A model generated the notes under the pieces. That model did no database searches and was not told where the DNA came from. It saw only the letters and a program-made list of their open reading frames with translations. A DNA stretch of 34,026 bases from Elusimicrobiota bacterium (GTDB lineage: Bacteria > CG03 > SLGR01 > JBDRKX01), in assembly GCA_043813605.1 (NCBI GenBank), contig JBDRKX010000113.1:1-34026 (forward strand), written 5' to 3'. Position numbers and translations under genes: made by a program. Of the stretch, positions 1 through 8,395 are shown in pieces (the stretch's first letter is position 1; each line of letters opens with the position of its first letter).

Positions 1-97
1 TTAAAGCTCAAAGCATCTTTGCTTTCAGATGATAATTCATGGCAATCTTTCTGGAGGCTGCGGTACGAGCGTCAATATAATTCTAAGCGCAAATACT

Positions 98-1117
98 TTA
101 GGAAAGCTGCTTAGGGTCTACAATTGCGGGGATGCACCCGCATGGTTCCAGATGGCTGCCCGGAACAAGGTAATTGACCACATAATCCCTTATACCCTCT
201 TCCAGCGAACGAAGTTTCCGGTCATAACCTGTACCGAAGAACTTATTCATATTTGCGGCAGTATGATACTGATATTGATCTTTAAGCTGAGCAGGCATCT
301 CTATATACTCAATATTGGGTGTTTTACCCATCGCATCAAATACTGCTCTAACCAGATCGTTCCATGTCCTTGGAATACCAGTACCTATATTATAAATGCC
401 TCTTATATCGCTGTTATCAAGAAAATGAAGTGTCATCATAACAGCGTCTTTTACGTATATAAAATCCCTCACCTGACCGCCGTCAGGGTATTCTTCCCTA
501 TATGACTTGAACAACCTGACTTTCCCCGAGCTCTTTATCTGTTCAAAGGCTTTAACCACAAAACTCCTCATGTCGCCTTTATGATACTCGTTAGGACCGT
601 AAACATTGAAATACTTCAAGCCCGTTATCCTGTCAAGAACGCCGTTTTTCAACGCCCATATATCAAATCGGTGTTTTGAGTCGCCGTAAAGGTTGAGCGG
701 CCGAAAAGATTCAAGCTCTTCATGTGAATCACTGAATCCTTCTTCCCCATCGCCATAGGTCGCCGCACTTGATGCGTAGATAAATATCAACGAATTATCC
801 ACACAATATCCGGCAAGTTCTTTTGTGTATTCGTAATTTACTTTTTGAAGATAATCACGGTCAGTCTCGGTAGTACTAGAACAGGCACCCATATGTATTA
901 TTGTCTCGATTTTTTCCAGTCTGCCGCTCTTGAAATCATTAAGGAACTCATCCTTGTCCTTAAGGTCTGAATACTTCAGTCCGGCAAGATTGTCTTTTTT
1001 TTCCCGGCTCATAACGGATATGTCGTCTATTACAAGTATATCATTGACAGCCCGCCGGTTAAGTTCACATATTACTGCACTCCCTATAAAACCAGCTCCT
1101 CCAGTAACTGCCAGCAC
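98..1117 (-). CDS. hldD: ADP-L-glycero-D-manno-heptose 6-epimerase
   Basis: N-terminal VTGGAGFIGS Rossmann motif, HMGACSSTTE, YASSAATYG, PLNLYGDSK (YxxxK), YFNVYGPNEYHKGDM and YQYHTAA, all typical of RfaD/HldD; GTG start. Confidence 0.93.
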   Translation of the reverse strand: MLAVTGGAGFIGSAVICELNRRAVNDILVIDDISVMSREKKDNLAGLKYSDLKDKDEFLNDFKSGRLEKIETIIHMGACSSTTETDRDYLQKVNYEYTKELAGYCVDNSLIFIYASSAATYGDGEEGFSDSHEELESFRPLNLYGDSKHRFDIWALKNGVLDRITGLKYFNVYGPNEYHKGDMRSFVVKAFEQIKSSGKVRLFKSYREEYPDGGQVRDFIYVKDAVMMTLHFLDNSDIRGIYNIGTGIPRTWNDLVRAVFDAMGKTPNIEYIEMPAQLKDQYQYHTAANMNKFFGTGYDRKLRSLEEGIRDYVVNYLVPGSHLEPCGCIPAIVDPKQLS

Positions 1118-1120
1118 AGC

Positions 1121-2242
1121 TTAGCTCCCTAATTCATCGAGTATGGATCTTGCAGTCCGACCGGATGCGCCGGGCTCCCCTATCATCCGGGACACCCGCT
1201 CCAATTCGCTGATCATCCACTGTCTTTCATCATCCGACCCGAGTATTTTTTCCAGTTTTTCTTTGATGTTCCCCGCTGTCAGGTCTCCCTGTATAAGTTC
1301 GGGTACGACCTCCCGGCCGGCAAGTATGTTGACCATGGAAATATATTCTATATTGACAAGCATCCTGGCTATGGCATACGATATATTTGATACCTTGTAA
1401 ACCGTTATAAAAGGTGTTCCGAGCACAGCCGACTCCAGTGTGGTTGTACCGGATGAGACTATTGCTACATCGGCCCTTTTCAGAAGCCCGTATATATCTT
1501 CCGTCATATCCACTCCGGGATATATGCTGTTTATCAGCTCTTTGTCTATAGTAGGAGATTTTCCGAGTATAATACGGTATCCGGCATCTTTTACTGCGGC
1601 CGTCATCACAGGCAGATGCCTTTTTACCTCATTTTCTCTGGAACCCGGCAGCAGTGCTATGACTTTTTCTTCTTCTGATATACCCAGCTCACTGTTGAAC
1701 GCTTCCATGTCGATCATAGCGGGTATATCTTCAAGTATGGGATGGCCCACAAACTCAACATTTGCACCGGCCTGGCTGAATATGTCTTTTTCGAACTCAA
1801 AAAGACAGTAAAGTTTTCTGCATATATTTGAAAGGATATCTATCCTCTTTTTTCCCCAGGCCCATACCTGCGGTGTTATGTAGTAAAATACCGGGATACC
1901 CGAACTTGCGGCAATTTTCGCTATTCTCATATTAAACCCGGGGAAATCAATAAGTATTACGGCATCAACCCTGTCTTCTGAGCCGGATTTAAAATATTTT
2001 CTCACCAGGCGTTTTTTTAGACCGGCAAAAAAAGGTATAAGTTTCACAACTTCCGCAAAACCTATAGTGGCTTTACCAACTATATTTTCCTCCAGCCGGT
2101 CCGAAACTTCTGCCATTTTCGCGCCGCCGACGGCAATTACTTTAACATTTTCGCTTTTTTTAAGTTCCGTTATCAGTTTTGCGCCATGCCTGTCACTTGA
2201 AATTTCTCCGGCTATAACCATTAAACGAATTTCTGTGTTCAT
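1121..2242 (-). CDS. lpxB: Lipid-A-disaccharide synthase
   Basis: IAGEISSD, IDFPGFN, YYITPQVWAW, FVGHP, LLPGSRENE and SSGTTTLE motifs. Start moved to the ATG at 2242, which overlaps the upstream stop (ATGA); the ORF track's 2329 start is probably too long. Confidence 0.93.
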   Translation of the reverse strand: MNTEIRLMVIAGEISSDRHGAKLITELKKSENVKVIAVGGAKMAEVSDRLEENIVGKATIGFAEVVKLIPFFAGLKKRLVRKYFKSGSEDRVDAVILIDFPGFNMRIAKIAASSGIPVFYYITPQVWAWGKKRIDILSNICRKLYCLFEFEKDIFSQAGANVEFVGHPILEDIPAMIDMEAFNSELGISEEEKVIALLPGSRENEVKRHLPVMTAAVKDAGYRIILGKSPTIDKELINSIYPGVDMTEDIYGLLKRADVAIVSSGTTTLESAVLGTPFITVYKVSNISYAIARMLVNIEYISMVNILAGREVVPELIQGDLTAGNIKEKLEKILGSDDERQWMISELERVSRMIGEPGASGRTARSILDELGS

Positions 2243-3168
2243 AATCTCTCCGTGATATCCAACGCAAGTTTCAGTGCTGTAAGACCGTGATAACCGCTTA
2301 CCTGGGGAGGCCGTTTTTCCCTGATACATACAATAAAATCCCTTAACTCCTCCCTGAGCGGCTCAGTCTTTTCTATGCTGGGTACTATTCTTTCAACATC
2401 TTTAGGGGAACTGATCTTTTCTTTTTTCTTCCTGTAAACTACAAACTCCTGTTTTTCATAATCCAGCGACAGATACGCATCCCGTTCAAATACCCTGAAT
2501 TTTCTTTCACTCTTATAAGATATCCTGGAAGCTGTCACATTGGCGACACAACCGTTCTCGAATTCTATCCTGCAGTTCGCAATATCCTCTTTATCCGAGA
2601 ACACGGAAGTTCCCATAGACCATATGTTTTTTACGGAAGAATGCACAAAACTCAGTATTATATCTATATCATGTATCATCAGATCAAGAACAACCCCTAT
2701 ATCAAGAGACCGGTCAGGAAACCTGGAAAGCCGGTTTATTTCGATAAACCTGGGGTCCTTGATGTATTCACGCGCTTTCTTTATCGCGCTGTTAAACCTT
2801 TCTATGTGTCCTACCTGGAGTATAACGGAATTATTATCCGAAACTTCGATCAGTTTTGCCGCATGTTCCGTCATATTTGTTATAGGTTTTTCAACCAGTG
2901 TGTTCACTCCTTTTTCAAGGAAATCCATAGCTATCTGATAATGTGTTTCGGTAGGTGTGACGATACTTACAGCATCGACTTCTGATATCAGTTCCCTGTA
3001 ATCACTGTAATAGGCGGTATTATACTTTTCTGCAAGTTTCCTGCCGGTTGTTTCATCAATATCAGAAACGCCTTTTAATTCGCAGCCATCCAGTTCGCTG
3101 TATATCCTTGCATGGTGCCGGCCGAGATGCCCTACGCCGACGACCCCAACACGTATATTTTCATCCAT
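2239..3168 (-). CDS. Gfo/Idh/MocA oxidoreductase, probable UDP-GlcNAc 3-dehydrogenase (GnnA-like)
   Basis: GVGHLG NAD-binding motif, LVEKP, VGHIERFN, DLMIHDID; coupled to lpxB and a DegT-family aminotransferase. Confidence 0.82.
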   Translation of the reverse strand: MDENIRVGVVGVGHLGRHHARIYSELDGCELKGVSDIDETTGRKLAEKYNTAYYSDYRELISEVDAVSIVTPTETHYQIAMDFLEKGVNTLVEKPITNMTEHAAKLIEVSDNNSVILQVGHIERFNSAIKKAREYIKDPRFIEINRLSRFPDRSLDIGVVLDLMIHDIDIILSFVHSSVKNIWSMGTSVFSDKEDIANCRIEFENGCVANVTASRISYKSERKFRVFERDAYLSLDYEKQEFVVYRKKKEKISSPKDVERIVPSIEKTEPLREELRDFIVCIREKRPPQVSGYHGLTALKLALDITERL

Positions 3169-4264
3169 AGAACTCTCTTATCCTATCTGAAATATATTCC
3201 ATATCGGATAACTTGAGCTCAGGATAAATGGGCAGTGAAAGGCATTCTCTTGCAATCTTCTCCGTAACAGGGAAACTTCCTTCTCCATAACCGAGATGGG
3301 CAAATGAAGGCTGCAGATGAATCGGTATAGGATAGTGAACAGCTGTCGAAATACCGTCTTCTGCAAGTTTACGCGCAAGCTTATCGCGTTCGGGGGCCAT
3401 TATGCTGTACTGGTGATAAACATGCCGCGCATCAGTATTCTCAAGCGGGGTTTTTACCGGCAATCCGCTGAGGCTCTCATTGTAAAAATCTGCTTTTTCT
3501 CTCCGGGCCATGTTCCATTCATCCAGATATTTCAGTTTCACGCGGAGTACTGCCGCCTGAAGCGCATCCAGCCTGTAATTAAAACCTATCTCCGTATGAT
3601 AGTATTTATCCATTGAACCGTGGGTCCGGAGCCTTTTTACCAGCTCCGCCGTATCTTTATCATCACATACGATACAACCCGCATCCCCATAAGCTCCGAG
3701 GTTCTTTCCCGGGTAAAACGAATAACAACCCAGTTTTCCGAAAGTACCGGCTTTTTTACCGTTAAATAAGGCACCGTGAGACTGAGCGCAGTCTTCAACT
3801 ACCTTCAGATTATGAGCTTTCGCAATATCCATTATCCTGTCCATCTGTGCCGGCTGGCCATAGAGATGCACTGGCAGGATAATATCCGATTCCGACGGGT
3901 TAAGTGATTCAATGCTATCGGGGTCTATGGTATAATATTCAGGGTGTACATCTGCCCAGATAATATTACCGCCTGCATGTACTACAGCTTCACATGTAGC
4001 TATAAACGTCAGCGGGGTAGTTATTACGTTTTTTCCCCTGCATCCCAGAACTTCAAGCGCCAGATGAAGCGCCGATGTACCGGAACTGACTCCTACAGCA
4101 TATTTGCGGCCGCAATATTCGGCAAACTCTTCTTCAAAACCCGCCACCTCTTTTCCGAGTATAAAACTGGTGGAAGAACACAGTTTTTTCCACCTTTTGA
4201 ACACCTTTCTGCGCAGATATTTATACTGCGCGGCCAGATCTACCATTGGAATATGCTTTTTCAT
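3161..4264 (-). CDS. DegT/DnrJ/EryC1/StrS PLP aminotransferase (GnnB-like)
   Basis: SSGTSALHLAL, PVHLYGQ, EDCAQSHGA, SFYPGKNLGAYGDAG (PLP Lys), GFNYRLD; overlaps the next gene by 8 bp. Confidence 0.88.
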   Translation of the reverse strand: MKKHIPMVDLAAQYKYLRRKVFKRWKKLCSSTSFILGKEVAGFEEEFAEYCGRKYAVGVSSGTSALHLALEVLGCRGKNVITTPLTFIATCEAVVHAGGNIIWADVHPEYYTIDPDSIESLNPSESDIILPVHLYGQPAQMDRIMDIAKAHNLKVVEDCAQSHGALFNGKKAGTFGKLGCYSFYPGKNLGAYGDAGCIVCDDKDTAELVKRLRTHGSMDKYYHTEIGFNYRLDALQAAVLRVKLKYLDEWNMARREKADFYNESLSGLPVKTPLENTDARHVYHQYSIMAPERDKLARKLAEDGISTAVHYPIPIHLQPSFAHLGYGEGSFPVTEKIARECLSLPIYPELKLSDMEYISDRIREFYG

Positions 4265-4273
4265 AATATATTA

Positions 4274-4302
4274 ATGCTATAAAAATGGACTCCAAAAGTC
4301 AA
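4274..4302 (-). promoter_or_regulatory. Putative sigma70 promoter for the gnnB-gnnA-lpxB-hldD genes
   Basis: On the - strand TTGACT (4297-4302), 17-nt spacer, TAGCAT (4274-4279), 9 nt upstream of the ATG at 4264. Confidence 0.4.
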
Positions 4303-5448
4303 TCAATCCCACCTGCCCGGAATTTTTGCATTGCAGTAAGCGCAACACCCGTTTTTCATATTAATGCTGTTAATGAAATAACCCGTCCTGTTTATAATGG
4401 TTTTACCGCAGTTGTGACATACAGTATCCTGGACACCGGGAGAATGCACGTTACCTATATAAACATAGTACATACCGGCATCCATTGCTGTTTTTCGGGC
4501 TTTCTCAAGCGTTTTCTGGGGTGTAGGAGGCAGGTTCTTAAGTTTGTACATCGGGGTAAACCTGGAAAAATGGAGAGGCGTATCCGGTCCCGTATTTTTT
4601 ATTATCCATTTTGATAAATTCGATACCATATCATCAGAGTCATTCTGTCCGGGCAGTAGAAGATTGGTTATTTCTACATGCACCCCGTTTTCTTTCATGA
4701 TAACGATTGCATCAAGAACAGGCTGAAGCCGGCCGTCAGTAAATTTCATATAGAAGTCATCGGAAAAACCTTTTATATCCACATTGGCCGCATCGAGGTA
4801 ACTGCAGAGTTCTTTCAGCGGCAGGGGATTAAGAAAACCGTTTGTTATAGATGTGTTTTTAATACCATTTTCACGGGCGATAACCGCTGTATCAAACATA
4901 TATTCGTAAAAGACCGACGGCTCGCTATAGGTATACGATATTATGCCGCAATTATTCTGCCGGGCAAGTTTGACTACGTCTTCCGGGAGCATTTTATAAT
5001 TTTCTGTTTCTTCCGGAGCCATCTGCGATATTTGCCAGTTCTGACAATTAAGACAGGTAAAATTACATCCGGCGGTAGCTATGGAAAATGTTGTTTCACC
5101 GGGGAAATAATGATACAGCGGTTTTTTTTCTATAGGATCAACATGAACAGCGGCCGGGTTACCGTAAGCAAGTGTATTCAGTATTCCATTTTCTACTTCT
5201 CTTACCAGGCAGTTACTCCTGTCTCCTTCCCTGAGTGTACACCTGTTAGGACAGAGTTCACAGCGAACCAGGCCGTTACCTGCTCTCTTATACCATCTCG
5301 CCTCTTTTTTGATCACAAACCCCTTTTCCCTTGTAAGGCCGGCAACGGCTTTCCTCGCAAGCACCGGAACAAAAGACAAACCGGAAACTGCAACAACTGC
5401 CAGTCTGCAGAAATCACGCCTGGATATTGTTTTATTAAAAATATTCAT
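4303..5448 (-). CDS. amrS: AmmeMemoRadiSam-system radical SAM enzyme with N-terminal twin-arginine signal
   Basis: CELCPNRC, DPIEKKPLYHY, GCNFTCLNCQNWQISQ (CxxxCxxC), YTYSEP, PLHFSRF, YVYIGNV, C-terminal CxxC pairs; N-terminus SRRDFC, hydrophobic stretch, AVA. Confidence 0.9.
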   Translation of the reverse strand: MNIFNKTISRRDFCRLAVVAVSGLSFVPVLARKAVAGLTREKGFVIKKEARWYKRAGNGLVRCELCPNRCTLREGDRSNCLVREVENGILNTLAYGNPAAVHVDPIEKKPLYHYFPGETTFSIATAGCNFTCLNCQNWQISQMAPEETENYKMLPEDVVKLARQNNCGIISYTYSEPSVFYEYMFDTAVIARENGIKNTSITNGFLNPLPLKELCSYLDAANVDIKGFSDDFYMKFTDGRLQPVLDAIVIMKENGVHVEITNLLLPGQNDSDDMVSNLSKWIIKNTGPDTPLHFSRFTPMYKLKNLPPTPQKTLEKARKTAMDAGMYYVYIGNVHSPGVQDTVCHNCGKTIINRTGYFINSINMKNGCCAYCNAKIPGRWD

Positions 5449-5458
5449 ATTTTTAATA

Positions 5459-6169
5459 TTACCCTTTTATTTTATCCCGTGAGGTTTTTCCTGAAGAAAC
5501 CATCAGTCCTATTTCGTAGAGTATCAATACAGGCAGGGCCAGCGCCACCTGCGTGAAAACATCCGGCGGCGTCAGCATTGCCGCTACCAGGAAAATAATC
5601 ACGACTGCGTATCTTCTTCCGGACCTGAGTGCTGTTTTTTCCACTATTCCCAGGGACGTCACCATACGCATGATAAGAGGCAGCTGAAATGTTATACCAA
5701 ACACCATTACCATTAAGAATACAAACCCGACATACTTGTCAACACTCAGCATCGGTTTAAGTCCCGGCCCGCCGAAATCCAGCAGGAATCCCAATCCCAG
5801 CGGCAGAATGACAAAGAATCCGAAAAACGCGCCTACTGCAAACAATAGCAGAGTCGCCGGCATATATATTAGAATAAACTTCTTTTCATTCTTTTCCAGA
5901 GCGATCCCGATGAATTTCCATAAATTGTATGCAATGATCGGCATTGAAATTATTATACCGGCAAAAAACGATACTTTAAGTGTTACAAGAAATGCTTCCT
6001 GAGGTGCTATAAAGACAAGCTCTCTTCCTAGCGGGATCCTGATAAAATCAAGTATTTCTCTGTTAAAAAAAAATGAAAGTACAGCGAATATTACGGCGGC
6101 GCCTGCAGCATAGAGTATCCTCAGGCGTAGTTCTTCCAGGTGTTCTATTAAAGTCTGCTTATCCTTCAA
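5459..6169 (-). CDS. tatC: Twin-arginine translocase subunit TatC
   Basis: TLIEHLEELRLR, PQEAF, FGITFQLP, RRYA, LTPPD, LYEIG; about 6 TM segments. Start probably the TTG at 6169 rather than 6244 (uncertain). Confidence 0.93.
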   Translation of the reverse strand: MKDKQTLIEHLEELRLRILYAAGAAVIFAVLSFFFNREILDFIRIPLGRELVFIAPQEAFLVTLKVSFFAGIIISMPIIAYNLWKFIGIALEKNEKKFILIYMPATLLLFAVGAFFGFFVILPLGLGFLLDFGGPGLKPMLSVDKYVGFVFLMVMVFGITFQLPLIMRMVTSLGIVEKTALRSGRRYAVVIIFLVAAMLTPPDVFTQVALALPVLILYEIGLMVSSGKTSRDKIKG

Positions 6170-6338
6170 TCTCCCTGTTCTCGTCTGTAGTTTTGTCCTC
6201 CGGCTCATCTGTCGGATTTTTGATCTCCCTGACAGCTTTACCAAGTGAACGGGCGATGCCCGGGAGCCTTTTTGCCCCGAAAAGCAGTAATACTATCAAC
6301 AGTACTACGAGCAGTTCCTGTATACCCATCCCAAACAT
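6159..6338 (-). CDS. tatA: Twin-arginine translocase subunit TatA
   Basis: MFGMGIQELLVVLLIVLLLFGAKRLPGIARSLGKAVREIK (TM helix, FG hinge, amphipathic helix), directly upstream of tatC. Confidence 0.93.
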   Translation of the reverse strand: MFGMGIQELLVVLLIVLLLFGAKRLPGIARSLGKAVREIKNPTDEPEDKTTDENREIEG

Positions 6339-6416
6339 CACACTGACCTTAGGGGTAATGCACTATATTTTTTTTCTGACATTTTCATCATATCTTCTAC
6401 CTTATGAAGTATCCTA

Positions 6417-7331
6417 TCATTTATGCCCTGCTTTTGCAATACGGTTCATACCCGCGGCCCCTATAAACCCGCCAAGGAAAGCCAGTGAATAGAATACCGT
6501 CTCCTTTGAACCTGCAGGCATCCTGTTTTTTGCCGTGGTAACAGCTATTTCAGTTTTTCCGTCACCCGGTTCGGGATATTCCTTGAAAGGCCACAACACG
6601 ACGGCGGAACCTATTACGAGCCCTATAAGGAAACAGAGCGTGCTGTTTCTATGCTTTTTTAGCAGTATTTTCATCAATCTTACAAAAAGGAGCAGTCCGG
6701 TTATACACCCCGCCCCGAAAACAGAAAGCACGATAAATGCGCCTGTATCCATTGAAGATGTAAAAACCTTTATATTCAGTACGATCTCTTCGTATAATCC
6801 TATTATCAGAAGGACAAACGACCCGCTTATACCCGGAAGTATCATGGCTGAAATTGCAAGCATCCCGCCTGCAAATACAACCGGCAGCGATATGTCGGTT
6901 ATGCCGAATTTAATATTATAGATCACCCATACGAGGAGTACGCCCGGCAGGATAAAAAGAAAATTCTTTACTTTTCCATCCCTGATCATCCCGTATGGTA
7001 TACATATAGAAGGCACTATAAGCCCGAAAAAGAATGCAAGCGTCATGCCGGAGTAGTTCTTGAGAAGATAATCCACTATCCAGGAAAACATGCCTATAGC
7101 GGCCAGCGCACCAACCAGTATTTGAATAAGGAACAGCTGATCCCTTTTCTTTAATTCAACAAAAAACTCCGAAGGTTTTGCGGCCTTCCTGATAAACTCG
7201 ATGTCTATACTGCTCAAAGCGGCTATAAGCCTGTCATATATACCTAATATCAGCGCGAATGTGCCTCCGCTCACTCCGGGTATAATATTGGCTATGCCTA
7301 TCAGGAATCCCTTTGTAATATTAATGATCAT
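6417..7331 (-). CDS. DUF368 membrane protein (undecaprenyl-phosphate translocase family)
   Basis: Duplicated motifs IPGVSGGT...GIY and MILPGISGS...GLY in a multi-pass membrane protein. Confidence 0.88.
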   Translation of the reverse strand: MIINITKGFLIGIANIIPGVSGGTFALILGIYDRLIAALSSIDIEFIRKAAKPSEFFVELKKRDQLFLIQILVGALAAIGMFSWIVDYLLKNYSGMTLAFFFGLIVPSICIPYGMIRDGKVKNFLFILPGVLLVWVIYNIKFGITDISLPVVFAGGMLAISAMILPGISGSFVLLIIGLYEEIVLNIKVFTSSMDTGAFIVLSVFGAGCITGLLLFVRLMKILLKKHRNSTLCFLIGLVIGSAVVLWPFKEYPEPGDGKTEIAVTTAKNRMPAGSKETVFYSLAFLGGFIGAAGMNRIAKAGHK

Positions 7332-7647
7332 TCTGGTTTTTCAGACTGTAAAAGGTCTTTTTAAAATTCACTATCCTGTTCTCCCTGACAATAACACCCT
7401 CTTTTTTCAGCAGGGACACCTTCTTTTTCAGGCCTCCGGCAGCAGTATAACCTCCTATACTGCCATCAGATTTCACTACCCTGTGACAGGGTACCCTGGG
7501 AGCATGCGGGTTTTGAGCAAGGGCTTTCCCCACAGCCCTGTAAGCTTTTGATCTGAGATAACCGGCTATTTCGCCATATGTCGTGACCCTGCCGCGTGGT
7601 ACAATCATTATCGCATTATAAACTTTTTTTTTAAAATCTTCCGGCAT
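7321..7647 (-). CDS. Single-domain methylated-DNA--protein-cysteine methyltransferase (MGMT family)
   Basis: VPRGRVTTYGEIA, RAVG, active-site PCHRVV, LLKKEG. Confidence 0.88.
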   Translation of the reverse strand: MPEDFKKKVYNAIMIVPRGRVTTYGEIAGYLRSKAYRAVGKALAQNPHAPRVPCHRVVKSDGSIGGYTAAGGLKKKVSLLKKEGVIVRENRIVNFKKTFYSLKNQNDH

Positions 7648-7669
7648 GTTTTTTAAGAGGAAAAACTTT

Positions 7670-8353
7670 CTATTCGTATAATTTTTTCCTGAGCTTGGAA
7701 ATCGACGGGATGATCAAGCCGCGGCCGTCTTTTTTTATCAGTCCTTCGCTGTCAAGTTCTTTAAGCTGTCTGCTGATGACTTCACGTGCGGTCCCGACAA
7801 ACTCACTCAGATCCTGATGTGTAATACCCATGAGTATCTCTATTCCGTCGTCTCTCTCTTTACCGTATTTTTCAGCCAAATGCACCAGGCAGAGTACCAG
7901 TCTGTCTTTTACTTTTTTAAAAGAGAACATCTCTATTTCCATATCAGTTTTTCTCAGCCTTTTACAGAGCGTCTGCGTTATAGTCAGAAGTATTTCCGGC
8001 TGGCTTATGAGAAACTGCCGGAAATCAGAATATTTTATTATAAAAAGATTTGCATTCTCCATTGCCAGTGCGTTTGCAGAACGCGGGTTTTTATCAAGAA
8101 GCGCCATTTCCCCGAAAAAATCACCTTTCTTAAGATAATCCAGCGCCTTCACCTGTCCGTCTGTTGACATCTTGTATATCTTTATCAAACCGTCATCAAC
8201 TATATAGAACTCATCTCCCTCATCAGATTCAGAAAATATATGGTCTCCCTTACCATAGGTCTTACCTTTGAGTATGCTCTCCATCTTTTTGAGGTCTTTT
8301 TCTTTTAGATCGCTGAAAATAGGTACTTTTTTCAGTATATTTAAAACAGGCAT
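7670..8353 (-). CDS. Crp/Fnr-family transcriptional regulator
   Basis: cNMP-binding domain (FFGEMALL...RSANA) and C-terminal HTH (THQDLSEFVGTAREVISR). Confidence 0.92.
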   Translation of the reverse strand: MPVLNILKKVPIFSDLKEKDLKKMESILKGKTYGKGDHIFSESDEGDEFYIVDDGLIKIYKMSTDGQVKALDYLKKGDFFGEMALLDKNPRSANALAMENANLFIIKYSDFRQFLISQPEILLTITQTLCKRLRKTDMEIEMFSFKKVKDRLVLCLVHLAEKYGKERDDGIEILMGITHQDLSEFVGTAREVISRQLKELDSEGLIKKDGRGLIIPSISKLRKKLYE

Positions 8354-8359
8354 GTCATT

Positions 8360-8388
8360 ATTGTACCATTAACCTGACGAAATCACAA
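8360..8388 (-). promoter_or_regulatory. Putative sigma70 promoter with extended -10, probably giving a leaderless Crp/Fnr mRNA
   Basis: TTGTGA (8383-8388), 17 nt, TACAAT (8360-8365) preceded by TGn; 6 nt separate the -10 from the ATG and there is no SD. Confidence 0.5.
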
Positions 8389-8395
8389 GTTAAAG

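Noticed and set aside
1..97. Possible gene start downstream of hldD
   Set aside because: The ATG at 38-40 on the - strand gives only a 10-codon ORF; nothing supportable.
4678..5556. 292-aa + strand ORF, and other long + strand ORFs such as 23433-24371, 25338-26150 and 32340-32939
   Set aside because: Antisense shadows of well-supported - strand genes, with Ser/Phe/Ile-rich composition and no recognisable motifs.
7321..7647. Alkyltransferase-like (ATL) non-catalytic protein
   Set aside because: The motif is PCHR with Cys retained, not PWHR.
8372..8388. CRP autoregulatory site (TGTGA half-site)
   Set aside because: The second half-site does not match TCACA at N6 spacing; better read as a -35 box.
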